NCBI RefSeq assembly: GCF_039654945.1
Contig: NW_027361669.1
Coordinates: 20,894,001-20,958,000, forward strand
Reading direction: 5' to 3'
DNA: 64,000 bases
Source: Dendrobates tinctorius
Lineage: Eukaryota
The notes under the pieces are model-generated. The model had not been told where the DNA came from. It searched no databases and saw only the letters and a program-made list of their open reading frames with translations. The position numbers were made by a program, and so were the translations under genes. Of the stretch, positions 12,955-27,608 are shown one piece after another. The first letter of the stretch is position 1. Each line of letters begins with the position of its first letter.

Positions 12955-13502
12955 AATAATAAGAGTCCTTAGGTTTTGATTTTTTTGACTATATATAAAA
13001 TCTGTGTACAGTATATTAGTGCCTGTCCACATTGGACCATAATATCGGTACAATAGGGTCTATAGGTTTTGACCTTTCAACTATATACAAAACCTGTGCA
13101 TACTAGTGCCTGTTCACATTGGCATTGGTCCATAATACCGATATAATAGGGTCCATAGGTTTTGACCTTGTGATTAGATAAAAAATCTGTGTATACCAGT
13201 GTCTGTTTACATTGGTCCAGAATACCGGTACAATAGGGACTATAGGTTTTGACCTTCTGACGGTATATAATACCTGTGTATACTAGTGCCTGTTTACATT
13301 GGACTGAATTATTGGTGTAATAGGGTCCTTAGGTTTTGATTGATTTTTTTGACTATATATAAAATCTGTGTATACCAGTGCCTGTTCACATTGGACCAAA
13401 GTACCGGTATAATAGGGTCTATAGGTTGAAATCTTGTGGATTAGATATATAAAATCTGGGTCCATGAGCGCCTGTTCACATTGGACCAAAATATCGGTAC
13501 AA
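12955..13502 (+). repeat. ~89-bp tandem repeat, ~6 diverged copies
   Basis: Recurring ...tagtgcctgttcacattggacc...ggtacaatagggtctataggttttgac... at ~87-94-bp spacing. Confidence 0.85.
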
Positions 13503-13944
13503 TTTTATTGACATGGGCTATGCAATGTTTAACCTCTTTATGATGCTTGGGTTTTGTGTGTTACCGTCCCACTATTTTAACAGGCATATTGATACAATCC
13601 TTTTTTTTTTTCTGGTGGTCATTAGATGTGTAGCTGTGTTTTAAGTGGAGACGCAGCAGAAAGACCTCTTTAAGTCTCTGAAATGAGCTGTGAATAGCGG
13701 TTATCCTGCGTAAGCGCAATGAGTCAGACAAATCTTAGATCTTATACCGTGCCAGTCACTTTCGGGGTACGAACGCTGGCACCTGTGCTTTGGATAGAAT
13801 TCAGCCCTGACAGGGGTTATACAATGTAATCATTGGCCGCTAGCCATCTATGTGTCCTACAGCCTCTTTGGTAGGTGTTAGCGCAGCTGCGCTCGATTAC
13901 TAATCTAATTGATGTATAAAAGACACAACTAACTAACAGTCAGT

Positions 13945-13985
13945 ACCCCTGACGAAGCCAAAACTGGTGGCGACACGCGTCGGGT
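13945..13985 (+). ncRNA. Minimal hammerhead ribozyme motif in Penelope-type pseudo-LTR DNA
   Basis: accc CTGACGA a gcca-aaactgg-tggc GACA cgcgTC gggt; stems I and II pair; GAAA mutated to GACA. Confidence 0.7.
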
Positions 13986-14826
13986 CTCAGGACGCTCAGG
14001 CTCCACTCCACCTCTGATTCGTAATTTTTATATAATCAATTTAAAGCTGAGCTCAGTATTCTTTGCAGGCGGCTATTGTTAGCCTGTGCTATCTAATTTC
14101 AGCATGCCTGATTAATCGTGACAATTTGAGTTATTCTTAGGGAAGCATGTATACCCCTTTAGGATGTTGCTAATATCATTGTATTAGGGGGCTACTCAAG
14201 CCGGATAGTGTTTTTGGGCTTGTTAGCATGTTTTTTACAGGTATATTATATTCTCTGCTACATGGTTTAAATCATTTTCATCTGTATGCACAATACATGC
14301 TGTCTTAGTGCTGTTTAACTCATTTGTGACCATTTGCCATCATTTGAACTAATGGTATGTGCATTCATTTGTTCTTATGAACTAGTCTTTATGCAAAGCC
14401 TTTATATCGTGGTATGCTATCTATATACACATTTGGTTCTCTATTGAGTTATTTCATGTGGAATGTGGAGCCATGAGGGTTTGGCTCTATTTTGAGCCTA
14501 GATTTTCATGTCACATGTGTGACCAATTTTAATTTTTTTAACGATTGGGTGTTTTGGTTTGTGTGTCTAAATAAAGATTGTTATATTTTTTGCTAAATCC
14601 TATGTTGGGTGATCCCCAATGTGTGGCCTATATCTTCTCTCGTCTTTGTAAATTGGAATAATAAGAGGCCAAGCGATCCAACTGATGTAGGGGACCGCGC
14701 AGAGCCAGGGAGGCCCGGCCGGTAGCCTCCGTGGTTGCGCTGCAAACAATGAAAATGGCCGACAGAGACTGGTTGGCGTGTGACATCACAGCTTAGTACG
14801 GGGTGCGTGAATGGCCAAAAGTGTAA

Positions 14827-14867
14827 CCAACGCGTTTCGGGGACTCTCGGTTCCCCTTCGTCAGGGG
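14827..14867 (-). ncRNA. Minimal hammerhead ribozyme motif, intact core
   Basis: Minus strand: cc CTGACGA a gggga-accgagag-tcccc GAAA cgcGTT gg; its 5' half is duplicated at ~14875-14900. Confidence 0.72.
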
Positions 14868-16109
14868 GTCTGTCTCTCGGTTCCCCTTCGTCAGGGTGTC
14901 AACTTCTGCTTTGAACTTGAGACTGAAATCATTTTATAGACAATCAACTTGACTACCTCATACTTAAATTTGAGTTGCAACTATTTTGCATATGATTAGC
15001 TATGCAGATTCTTATCATGTCAATGCATTGTTACTGTTTTGCTCCTAAAGATCTAAATTTTAATTTTTAGTGTTTTGCTAGTATTTTGTAAATCCACCTT
15101 TGATTTTCAACACTGCCTGAAACCTTCTGGGCATGCTCTCAGATTCAAACATGTCTCGACCGAAATCTGATCTTAGGTCTCTTCTACACGTTCCCAAAGT
15201 TGGTGCTTACTGGTCAACTCACTTGAGTATGTATAAAATTTTGTCTTTAATTCTACCCAAAAGTGTTTGATTGGGTTGAGGTCTGGGGACTGTGGGGGCC
15301 GTTCCAAAACCTCTACTTCATTGTCTTTATCAGAGCCTAGTCTCTTGTCTTTCATGTCATAGCTCCAAATCTCCCATTTCAAATCCTTAAATGTCCACTT
15401 TTCGTACTTGTTTGCAAACTTGCTTCTTCACCTTTTTTCATGCCACTTTTCCCGACTTGTGTAATGTGCGGGCACTTGGTGCTTGCATCGAAGTCTGTGA
15501 TCTCAATATTATGAAGCATACGAGTCACCTTCACTGCCGTGTTTTACGCTCCAGAAGTGATAACCCTTGGTATGAGTCGAATTGTTGACTCCAATATTTT
15601 TTGCCTGGATGTCCACCTTTTGGCTTCTGAATGGATGGACAAACGTCATCTCATATTCTTCACACTGTCATGACACTCACATGATGCAGTTTTGCAATTT
15701 TCTTGGCCAAAAGACCGCTATCGATGAGCTGTATGCTATTTCTCTTTTCTTGGGAAATCGTCTTCGTGGCTGTTTCTCAATTTGAACCAATGACCTTTCA
15801 GTTGGGAATCAACCTAATAAAACACTGAGCTATGAGGGAATGTGAGAACAGGTTATATTTTGTAGTAAAAGGAAAGAAAAAGATTTTTCCACCATCAGGA
15901 GCAAAACAGTAACAATGCAGTGACATGAAAGGAATCTGCATAACTAATCATATGCTAAATAGCTGCAAGTCAAATTTATGTATGAGATAGCCAATATGAT
16001 TGTCTATAAAACGATGGTAGTCTCACGATCAAAGCAGTAGTGGATGGTGAGATATTGAGCCTAAAAGTCAAAAGTTTAAAACATGGGTACTCTTTTGCTT
16101 TTCACTGTA

Positions 16110-16750
16110 TATTACCACTACATGATCAAATAATACTACATGCAAGGGACAAATACCGCCACACCGTGATCAGACCACATATTACCACCACATAGTGACT
16201 GAATAATACCACATACAGAGGATAAATACTGCCACACTGTGACCAGACCACATATTACCACCACATAGTAACCAAATAATACTACATACAAGGGAGAAAT
16301 ATCGCCACACAGTGACCAGACCACATATTACCACCAAATAGTGAACGAATACTGCAATGCTGATCATGAATAAAAACTACAATACTAATATTACCATAAG
16401 TGCCATTATACACAGAAGCTCTGTATATAGTGTCAGTGTACAGGTAATATAGAGATCACCAGTGACACTATACAGAGGAGCTCTGTATATAGTGTCAGTG
16501 TACTGTTAATACAGTGATCACCAGTGACATTATACACAGGAGCTCTGTGTATAGTGTACAGGTAATACAGTGATCACCGGTTACAATATACATAGGAGCT
16601 CTGTGCAAGGAATTACCGGTGACATTATACACATGAGCTCTGTATATAGTGTATAGTGTACAGGTAATACAGTGATCGCCAGTGACATTATACAGCTCTG
16701 TATAAAGTGTGCATGTACATGTGATACACTGACTCACCAGTGACATCTCT
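16110..16750 (+). repeat. Continuation of the ~60-bp minisatellite, then a ~55-bp minisatellite (cagtgatcaccagtgacattatacacaggagctctgtatatagtg)
   Basis: Visible tandem copies. Confidence 0.8.
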
Positions 16751-16952
16751 AGGTGAAGTTCTTCATCTTCACTTCTTGATCTGACAAAGACCATCATCAC
16801 TTCTTCCTGCCGGGTCTCGTCTCTGCAGAATATAATAGTCATTTTTAGCTGATCTTTTCTAGAGCACATTCCCCACTTTTTCCCTGACTTCTACACTAGA
16901 CTAGTCTCTTTCCATATTATCATGCCCCAGTGAGCGTGATAAAATAATTTAA

Positions 16953-17337
16953 AGGACTGTCGTCATTAACAGCCCCTGCAAATCTCAAGCACGCACGCCG
17001 CACATTTCAGCACTGCATTCCTGCAGCCGGGTGTACGCTTCTCGGCTTCAGAGGCGCACTGCGCATGTCCAGAAGCCATCATCTAAACTTCCAATTATGT
17101 GCAGTGCAGTTCTGAATCCCTTGATAACATGGAAAGAGGGCTGACTAGTCATGGACAACTAACGCACCATCCACTAGTCAAAGTACTCATTAGCATAGGA
17201 AACAGGGACAATATAAATGCTGTTTTATACCTCTTTTTACAGAAAAACGTTATACAGGGCTGGTTAGGCAGGGAATTTACTCATACATAAGTGCATGCTG
17301 CTGGGTTGGAGAGAATAGAGGACCTGACAGGCTCCCC
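16953..17337. mobile_element. TTAA-flanked T2/Kolobok-type MITE
   Basis: TTAA|aggactgtcgtca ... tgacaggctcccc|TTAA; TIR imperfect. Confidence 0.55.
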
Positions 17338-17384
17338 TTAAGTCTCTCATCCTGTCCACCTTAAATTAATAATGTGACCTATCC

Positions 17385-18495
17385 TGGCCCCTCCGTCCCT
17401 TGGCCATGCTCGTTAGGTCCCTTGGCTCTGGCTGTGCCCCCTAGGTTCCTTGGCCAGGGCCAAGAGGTCTAAGGGGCACAGTAAGGGACCAAGGGGACAC
17501 AGCCATGGATCAAGGGGGCACAGACATGGACTTGAATGGCTCAGTCAGAGACCTAAAGGGCACAGTTAGGGACCAAGGGGATACAGGTGTGGGGAAGGTG
17601 ACTTGACGGACAGACGTGACTGGTAGTAGGAGGGGACGGTTTGTGCACTAGAGACGGAGATTGACAGGATAGAAGGGTGACAGCTGGGAAAGGTGGATAG
17701 GAGAGTGCAGTACCTAGAAATGACCACAAGATGGCAGGGGGGAGTAGCTTAGGACTCAACATCAGTTTATGGCTTGAGAAACGCTTAGTCATGGGGGGCG
17801 GGGAGATAGGAACCCAGGAGGGGAATTCCCGGTGAGAGAGGGGATAAATAGAACAGGATAGGGTTCCAGGCAGGCTAGTCCCGGGAGGAGCTCGGTAGAA
17901 GACAGTGAAGAGGGAAGAGCTCAACCAGGGGACGGACAGCAAAGAGACAGTCAGGGGGGTGGCCCTGACCCGATGGACCGCAGGACAGACGAGGCCCCGG
18001 GGGTACCAATTGGATGACGACCTCGGGCAGGTGAAGCGCTGGCGGTAGATTGGTCTAGGACAGCCCCAGTGCAAGATCCGCGAGGGACGTTACTTCGACT
18101 GGAGCAAAGGTGCAGGTACCCGGGCCTGGAGGCAGAGAACTGTACGGAGGCTGCGGTGCGCGGTTGTGGTCGTCAGGAGGACGACGAATAAACCCGGAAC
18201 TGTTACTATTGAAATCTGTCTCCACCTCGTCTTTGCATCGCCTGGTGTCTGTGTCATCCAGACAGGGTAAGCAGTGGTCCACCCCCCAATCCCGGCCCCC
18301 TACCACATTGGCAGGGATCAAGGGGGCAAAGCCAGGGACTAAGGGAACACAACCAGGACCTGAGGGGCACAGCCAGGGGCTTAGAAGGCACAGCCAGGGG
18401 CTTAGGGGGTCACAGTCAGGGCCAAGGGATCTACGGGTCCTATGTCCCTTGGCCCTGGCTGTGCCCCATATGTCTCTTGGCCTGGTCCCAGTGTA
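17385..18495. repeat. ~21-bp GC-rich minisatellite (aaggggcacagccagggacc) in two blocks, 17385-17590 and ~18315-18495, separated by unidentified sequence
   Basis: Tandem and inverted copies of the 21-mer. Confidence 0.65.
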
Positions 18496-20064
18496 AGTGA
18501 GGGCCAGGACCATAGTTGTGACCTGTACTTTGGTGGCATCTGTGCACAGCCCTTCCCCTACATGAAACAATACTATGCTCCTCGGCATACCTGCGTCTCC
18601 AGATCTATCTTCACCCCGGCACTTCTCAGGTCATAACAGTCCCTCTTCTAGGCAATCCCCATCAATGGAGACACAGTCTGAGACAACTTCCACACTTGCT
18701 TTACTTAGAATTTCACACGTTACATCCACAGTTGGTACATCATAACATTTGCATGCTTCCTGTTCTTTCCCTTGCTTGCTGTCACTTCTGTGCAGTACAT
18801 GCCCAGACCGGACAGTACTAGACTGCTTCCCAGTTCCTTTCAGGTCTGACCTCACTACCATGACATTTCCTTCAGCCTGTTTTGCCCCAGACATGAATTC
18901 ATCAATCACTATGTTTGTTGACCCCCTGTGAAGCATCCGGCCCATCTGTACCGAACCTGTCGAAGTGCCAACTCCTTTCATGTCCTTAGTCCAGCCAACT
19001 TCTGCCCTAAAAGCATTGGCCCAGGCACTAAGACGCCATATCTTCCTTTTCCTGTTCTGACTCACTGCTAAGACCTGCAGTGGCCGTGGGTAACGTGGGC
19101 ATTAATGACTTAACGTTACATGACTGCCAAACTGTCCGGGACTATAGCCTATGTGGACTCTTGGGCGCCCTGGCCCCGTCTGACTAAACCACCCTTCTTC
19201 ACTTACCTTATTCTCGGCAGTCCCTCCTACAATTAAACCTCTTAGAACCTACTATCAGGCCCCATTAGTATACCCCCACCTAGTGGCCCGCAACATGATT
19301 ACAACTACCCAGTATATGGGGAAACTATATACTAAGAGTGCCCTCCTCTAATGTCCCAATAAAGGATGCACTAACTTTCCCTAACTGCACATACACAAGC
19401 GACACATAGTGTACATGCAATATTATCATACAAGAACATGAGGCAATATATACACTTATCCATACAATGGTAACACATTTAAGTGGCAATACCATACATA
19501 ATGAGCGGTAATATATAATTATACATGTACCAGTACTGCAGTAAATAATCATAAAAACACATTTGTAAACATTAAGATCTGGAAGACAATCAGAGGGAAG
19601 GGAGGCATAGGAGACATCATATCTTACACCCTTACACCAGCAACATGCTGCATCCACAGTGACAGAAGTAAAAAAAATCTCTCTTACCTGCCTGTGCTCC
19701 TGGCGCTGCGCGGTGTCCTCTTCTTAGATTCGGCGCTCATGTTAAAATGGCCGCCGACCTAGCAGAGGGCGGTGGCTAATGTTATTGCGCTCCTTGCGGC
19801 GCCGCATGACAGTGACGTTATACACTAGCGATGTCACTGTCATGCGTCGCCTGCAACAGCTGCGATGCACACAAGTCAGCTGCCGGCCTCTGCTAGGACG
19901 GTAGCCTATTGCGACAGCACAATGCATTTCAAATAAATGAGCGTCTGACGACATACAATCATTTGAAACCAGCATGGGTGCTCAGGGGCCCGTCAAGGCC
20001 CCAGGACCCACTGGCGAGTTCTCTAGTGTCCCGGTCATCCGGTGCGACGCTGGGCACAGTTTTA

Positions 20065-20409
20065 GGGTATGTGCACACGGTGCGGATTCTGCTGCGGATC
20101 CGCAGCGTTTCAGGCTCTGCAGGTCCGCAGCAGATTTAGGTGCATCGTACAGTACCATTGTTTTCAATGGTAAACTGGAAAACGCTGTACACATGCTGCA
20201 GATTTTTCTGCGCGGTTTTGCTGCTGTTTACAATCCGCAGCATGTCAATTCTTTTGTGCAGAAACGCTGCGGTTTCACACCTCATCCATTATGAGGTGTA
20301 AAACCGCAGGCAAAACCGCAGATAAACCGCAGGACTTTAGTCCTGCGGATTTATCTGCGGTTTTCACTACAAAATCCGCAGAGGCAAAAAACTCCGTGTG
20401 CACATAGCC
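20065..20409. mobile_element. PIF/Harbinger-type MITE
   Basis: TIR gggtatgtgcacacgg / ccgtgtgcacatagcc; tta/tca flanks; internal tgcgg/ccgca repeats. Confidence 0.8.
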
Positions 20410-20616
20410 TCAGGCTTCTCCAGTATTTTACATCACTATTTGTAAGCCAATTCCGTCACCAGGTTTTTTCTCTCCTCATATGAGAGCAACATGATGTAAA
20501 TGCAGATATCCTGATTCTAGCCATTTATCGCTTACTGGGCTTCTTGCTGTATGCTTGATAAAATCACTTTTTTTATCTGCTGTCGATCTACCAGTTCTCT
20601 GCTGACCATAGTATAA

Positions 20617-21125
20617 GGGTCCCGTTACACTAAATGCCGCACCAGAAATCCCGACAACGACACGACCTGGTCAGGATTGCTGGTGCATCGCTACATGATC
20701 GCTGGTGAGCTCTCAAACAGGCAGACTCACCAGCGATCAGGACCATCAAGGATGCTGGTAAGCAGGGTAAATAGCGGGTAACTAAGTGCACGCATCCCTT
20801 AGTTTCCCGCTGTGTTCCCTGGATACCAGCGAGCTCGCACAGGGAGCTGGTATCCAAGGTAAACAGCGGGTAACTAAGCGCATCTGCTTACAGCGCTGGG
20901 AGCTCGCTGATCATTGGTCTCCTGCTGCCACACGCAGCGATGCATGCTGGCCAGCGGTAGACCAACGATCAAAAAATGGCCCAGGACATTCCTGCACGAT
21001 CAGCGATACCCGGCGAGGGGGCCGGTCGCTAATGCGTGCCACACACAGCGAGATCGCTGAATCGTCACAAAATTCAGTGACCCATCAGCGATCTCATTAC
21101 TGATCTCACCTAGTGTGAAGTACCC
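20617..21125. mobile_element. PIF/Harbinger-type MITE (family of 8483-8879) nested in a TTAA-type MITE (~20445-21405)
   Basis: TAA|gggtcccgttacacta ... tagtgtgaagtaccc|TAA; host ends ctggtgacagactcctt|ttaa. Confidence 0.78.
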
Positions 21126-21409
21126 TAACTCTACCCACACCACTGATTGCCAGCTTTGTGTATACACTGTGCATAGGCAGAAAACTTCCCATTATTGATG
21201 AGGGTGAGGTTAAACAGAGCTCATGGATATGGAGGACTACATTGCAGCACGTTTATTAGCCCGCTAGTGATAATCTCCTGCTGATAAAACACTGATTTTA
21301 TCAAAGCTACAGAAAGCAGCCCAGTGAGGGACATCACTGGAATCAGAGTCTCTGTCTCTATTTTATGCTACTCTTAGAGCAGCAAAATCTGGTGACAGAC
21401 TCCTTTTAA

Positions 21410-21677
21410 GGGTTTGTGCACACATAAGCATTTTTACTGGCAAAAACGCTTAAAAACGCTTACAATTTAATGAATTCTGCACTTTTTGTGCATATTGATG
21501 CATTTTTTCAGCGGTAAAAAACGCAGCATGCTCATTAATTTCGCGGAAAAATCCGCATTTCTAACTATATTCTATGAGACTGGGGATGCTCCGGAAAACG
21601 TGCGGAAAAAAAGTGCGTTTCCTGGGAAGGAGTCCGGTTTTTAGTCAGGAATTTTCTGCATACGTGGGCACATAGCC
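21410..21677. mobile_element. PIF/Harbinger-type MITE
   Basis: TAA|gggtttgtgcacac ... gtgggcacatagcc|TAA. Confidence 0.75.
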
Positions 21678-21886
21678 TAAATCTCTCCTCTTCTTTGGTT
21701 AGCTTTTTACAACAGTAACATTTTGTAACAATTACAAGTGAAGTGGAAACATAACAGAGAAGGTAACATATATGCACCAGACAAAGTCTTATGTGAAGGG
21801 TTCCTCTTGCAGTGACATAAATTAAAAAAAACAGTAAATTATTGGTTATAGTTACTTCTGGTGAGAGGAAAACCCGACTAAGGGTA

Positions 21887-23514
<1,628 letters not shown>

Positions 23515-26500
23515 TATGTGCACACGTTGCGGAATCGTGTGCGGATCCGCAGCGGATTTGGCCCTGCGGATCCGCTGCAGATTCGCTTGTGATGTTCAGT
23601 ACCATGTTATCCTATGGAAAAAAAAAATGTTGTGCACATGCTGCGGAAAAATCCGTGCGGAAACGCAGCGGTTTATTTTCCACAGCATGTCAATTCTTTG
23701 TGCGGATTCCGCAGCGTTTTTACACCCATTCCATTATAGGAATCCGCAGGTGTAAAAACACAGGGGAAATCCGCACAAAATTCCCAATAAATCCACAGGA
23801 AATCCGCAGTAAAAATGCAGGTATTGTCACCTGCTGATTCTGCTGATTCCACGCCGAAATATCCGCACACAAATCCGCAACGTGTGCACATACCCTAATA
23901 CTGTGTTAGTTGGGAAAAGAAGAGAAGAGAAAAGGGAGAGAAAGCTAAACTATAGATGTTTAGAGAAATCAAGCAAAACAAGTTTGTAGAGATAAATTAT
24001 TATGCTTTTCAGAAAACAGGTGGGCATGAATTTATGACGCTTATCTCTTTGTTCAAGGATGTGGTCAGTTTATTCATTTTCCCTGAAGGTCGATACAGTC
24101 CCCGATTCATCAAAGCTTTTACACCAGAAAACTGGAGTGAAAAGATTTGAAGTTGTAAAATGTTTGCACAACTGAGGCTGTGCAAAAATTTTGCAACCTT
24201 TAGTGTTTTTACACTAATTGTGCCCATCTCCATCCAAAGTGGGCAGAGCTGTGGTGGGACAGGGATGGGACGGGATGAGGCGATCCCCGTCTGTGGAATA
24301 TATGACAAGCGGTGGCGTTTCTCTTGTAACAAATCTTACTCCAGTCACTGACTGGAATAACATTTGTGACATTGTTCCTCACATTGTAAGGCCCTGTTCA
24401 CTGTAAGACCATATCTAGGACAAACCACACCTCTTAGAGGTGTGATGGTGTGACTTATTTTTGGAAAGTTTGGAGCCAATAAAAAGGATAGTGTGAAGGA
24501 TTTGCCACTGTGCAGTGTGTCATGTATGTCCTGTTGGCATGTGTCTTTCTATAATACAATAATGGGTATACATTCAGCACAGTTGACCTTTATCCTGTAA
24601 GAATTGCTCTGGAACACTTTCCCATTGCATTTCTTACTTTGCTAAACTCATTAATAACATGAAAGTTTGAAGCCAACAGTAAACCAGTAAGCTTGGTACT
24701 TGATATATGTGAGACACAAACCTCATATCCAATTCACTGATGTATTCCAGTTTTTTTGTGACTACAGATTTTTATGAGTTTAAAACCGTACTTACATCTT
24801 TTACACCTTTCTAAACACAAACAGTGTATGTTAAAAAATAAAACATAAAAGATTTTTAAATATACTGCCTTAAGGCTCATGTGGACAATCATCCATGGAT
24901 TTTGGGCCGATCACAGACTACGACACATGGACTGGTCGTCCTCATACAGCACTGTACGAAGGCTTTCTTCTGTGCTTTCCAATACAACTTCTGTCAAACT
25001 ATGAGTGTATAGAGAGATGTCTCTATGGGGGAATAACTGTAGATACGCAGAGTCCGATGGGTCATGCCCAGCAGGATGAAAGCAGGCATATGGAGATACA
25101 AAAACGGCCCAGTGCCCCTCTGTGGCAGCCTTGTGTGCACACTTTGCAGAATTATTGCGGATACTCAGCATTTTTTTCCACTGCGGATCCACAATTAATC
25201 CGCAAGTGTGTGTCAAAACAATGTTAACCTATGCAAAAAAAAAAAATTGCTGTGCACATGCTGCGGAATTAAACGCGTGGAATCGCAGCATTTTTTTTCC
25301 CGCAGCATGTCAATTCCTTGTGCGGATCTGCAGCGTTTCTGTGCCCATTGACTTGCATTGAGTCAGGCACATCCGCAGCAAAACCGCAGATGTAAAAAAG
25401 ATCTGCGGTTTTGCTGCGGATGAAATACTGCAGATCGGGAGGAGGGAAGTGTGTGGGTAGAGTGTGGGCGGTGACTGTGTGCGTGTATAGTGTGTGCCGG
25501 GGTATGTGTGTGTGCATGAGGGGGGGTCTGCGGAGATGTCCAGGGGTTGCCGGGGCTGTCCGGGGGTCTGCCGGGCTATCCAGGGGGTCTGCGGGGGTTG
25601 CCAGGGCTGTGCAGGGGTTGCCGTGGCTATCCGGGGGTCTGCGGGGCTGTGTGGGGTCTGTGTGTGTGTATGCAGGCATCGTCCGATGGGACTATAAGTC
25701 CTGTCCGGCTATTCCTGCTACAGTGACAGTGAGTGACACATTAGCCAATAATGGGATGGTAGTAGTCCCATCATCCAGCTAATGTGTTGAATGTAAAAAA
25801 AAAAAAAAAACACATACAGAACATACAACATACAGAACATACAACATATAACATACAGAACATACACATAACATACAACACATAACATAGAATGCATACT
25901 TACCAATCATGTAGTCCCCGATGCCCTCGTCTCCTTTAATAAAAATAAAATAATAAACCAACCTATACATTACCTTTCCGATGCAGTCCAGTTATTAACG
26001 CGTGTCCCACGACGATCTCCCGTATAGAACACTGACATCAGGGCTCCAAGATACACTGACAGCGGAGGTAATCCTCTGTGGTGTATATCCCTCCGCAGCC
26101 GGGAGAGAGTGAGGTCACTTAAGTTCATTCTCTCACCGGCAATGCAGGGTGAGAAAATTCCCATGCAGCATTGCCGTAAAGTGAGAGAGTGAACTCAGGT
26201 AACCTCAGTGATGCACTGCAGGAGCCATTATCTCCTGTCAGTGCATCACTGGGAGGCCCTATAGAGCAGTGACATCACCTGATGTAACTGTTCCATAGGG
26301 GAAATCATCATGGGACACTCATTATTAATTGAACTGCGTTGAACAGGGAGTATACTATTGGTTTATTTTTTTACTTTTTATTACAGGAGAACGATGGCGT
26401 CGCATGGATTGGGCGCGCAATAAAGATGACAAACCGTGTTGTGTTTTATATAATTAAAATACTTTATTTTTATGTGTGTGTTTTTTTAACCCTTTGATAC

Positions 26501-27445
26501 TATAAGATTAATAATGGAGAGGCATCTTATTGACGCCTCTTCATTGTTAACCGGGCTTAATGTCACCTTACAATAGCAAGGTGACATTAACCCCTTATTA
26601 CCCCACTTGCAACAGCTGCACAGCAGTGAGAAGAGATGGGCTAAGTGCCGGAATTAGCACATCTTAGAAATGCGCTATTTCTGGGGTGGCTGCGGGCTTG
26701 AATTTGTTGCCAGAGGGGCCAATATCCATGGCCCCTTCCTAGGCTATGAATATCAGCCCACAGCTGTCTGCATAACCTTTTTGGCTATTAATTTTAGGGG
26801 GACCCCATGTCATTTTTTTGGGAGGCCCCCTATTTTAATAGCCAGTAAAGGCTGTGCTGACAGCTGCGGACTGATATTCATAGCCGGGGAAGGGGCTATG
26901 GGTATTACCCCCTTCCCAGGCTATAAACATCCGCCCCCAGTGGCTGGCTTTCCCTCTCTGGACTTGAAAATTGTGTGGGAGCCCAAGGAATTTTTTTTCC
27001 ATTTTTAAAAAAATTAAACATATTGCGTTTAAGGTGGGTCACACTTTACAAAAAACTCACACGAGTCTCGCACCTCAATACCCGCCACTGCTACCGGCAC
27101 TCAGGATCGGAGTGTGCGGCTGCATGTATTTCTATGCAGCTAAAAGCTCCGGTCCGAGTGCTGGTGGCAGTGCCGGGTATTGAGGTGCGAGGCTCATGGT
27201 AGTTTCTCGTAAGGCTGGGATCAGACATGAGAGGAATAAGGCCAAGTCTCGCATGTTAACACCTGGCACTGCCGCCGGCCTCAGGAGCGGAGCGTGCGGC
27301 CGCAAAGCAATACATGGAGCCGCACGCTCCGCTCCCAAGGCCATGAAGAGGAGGATGAATGAACTCATGGAGATCAACATCCGACACTGCGGAGACACCA
27401 TCACGTGTTTCTCAACGCAGTGATTCTAGAGCACTGCCCCCATCC

Positions 27446-27474
27446 CTTATGGGAAATATGCAAAACATGCAAAA
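27446..27474 (-). promoter_or_regulatory. Putative snRNA-type distal element (two octamer-like TTTTGCAT plus SPH/Staf-like ATTTCCCATAAG), present in each unit
   Basis: Minus strand ttttgcatgttttgcatatttcccataag; 7/8 match to ATTTGCAT. Confidence 0.4.
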
Positions 27475-27608
27475 CAGAAGCCGCGGAGACACCATCACGT
27501 GTTTCTCAACGCAAGCAATGACCAGCCAGGTCTTTGTCCGGGAAGGAACAACCACGGGAAGGGCAGTCTCCAATGAAGGAAACCACCTATGCCAAAACAT
27601 GGTATCCA

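Larger units (their letters stand above)
12320..16107 (-). mobile_element. Old Tc1/mariner element with ~200-bp TIRs; left TIR split by ~2.5 kb of later insertions
   Basis: TA|cagtgaagagcaaaagggta matches tactcttttgcttttcactg|TA; 14900-15046 is an inverted copy of 15898-16045; transposase relic VLERPPQSPDLNPIKHFWVELK (15173-15382). Confidence 0.8.
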
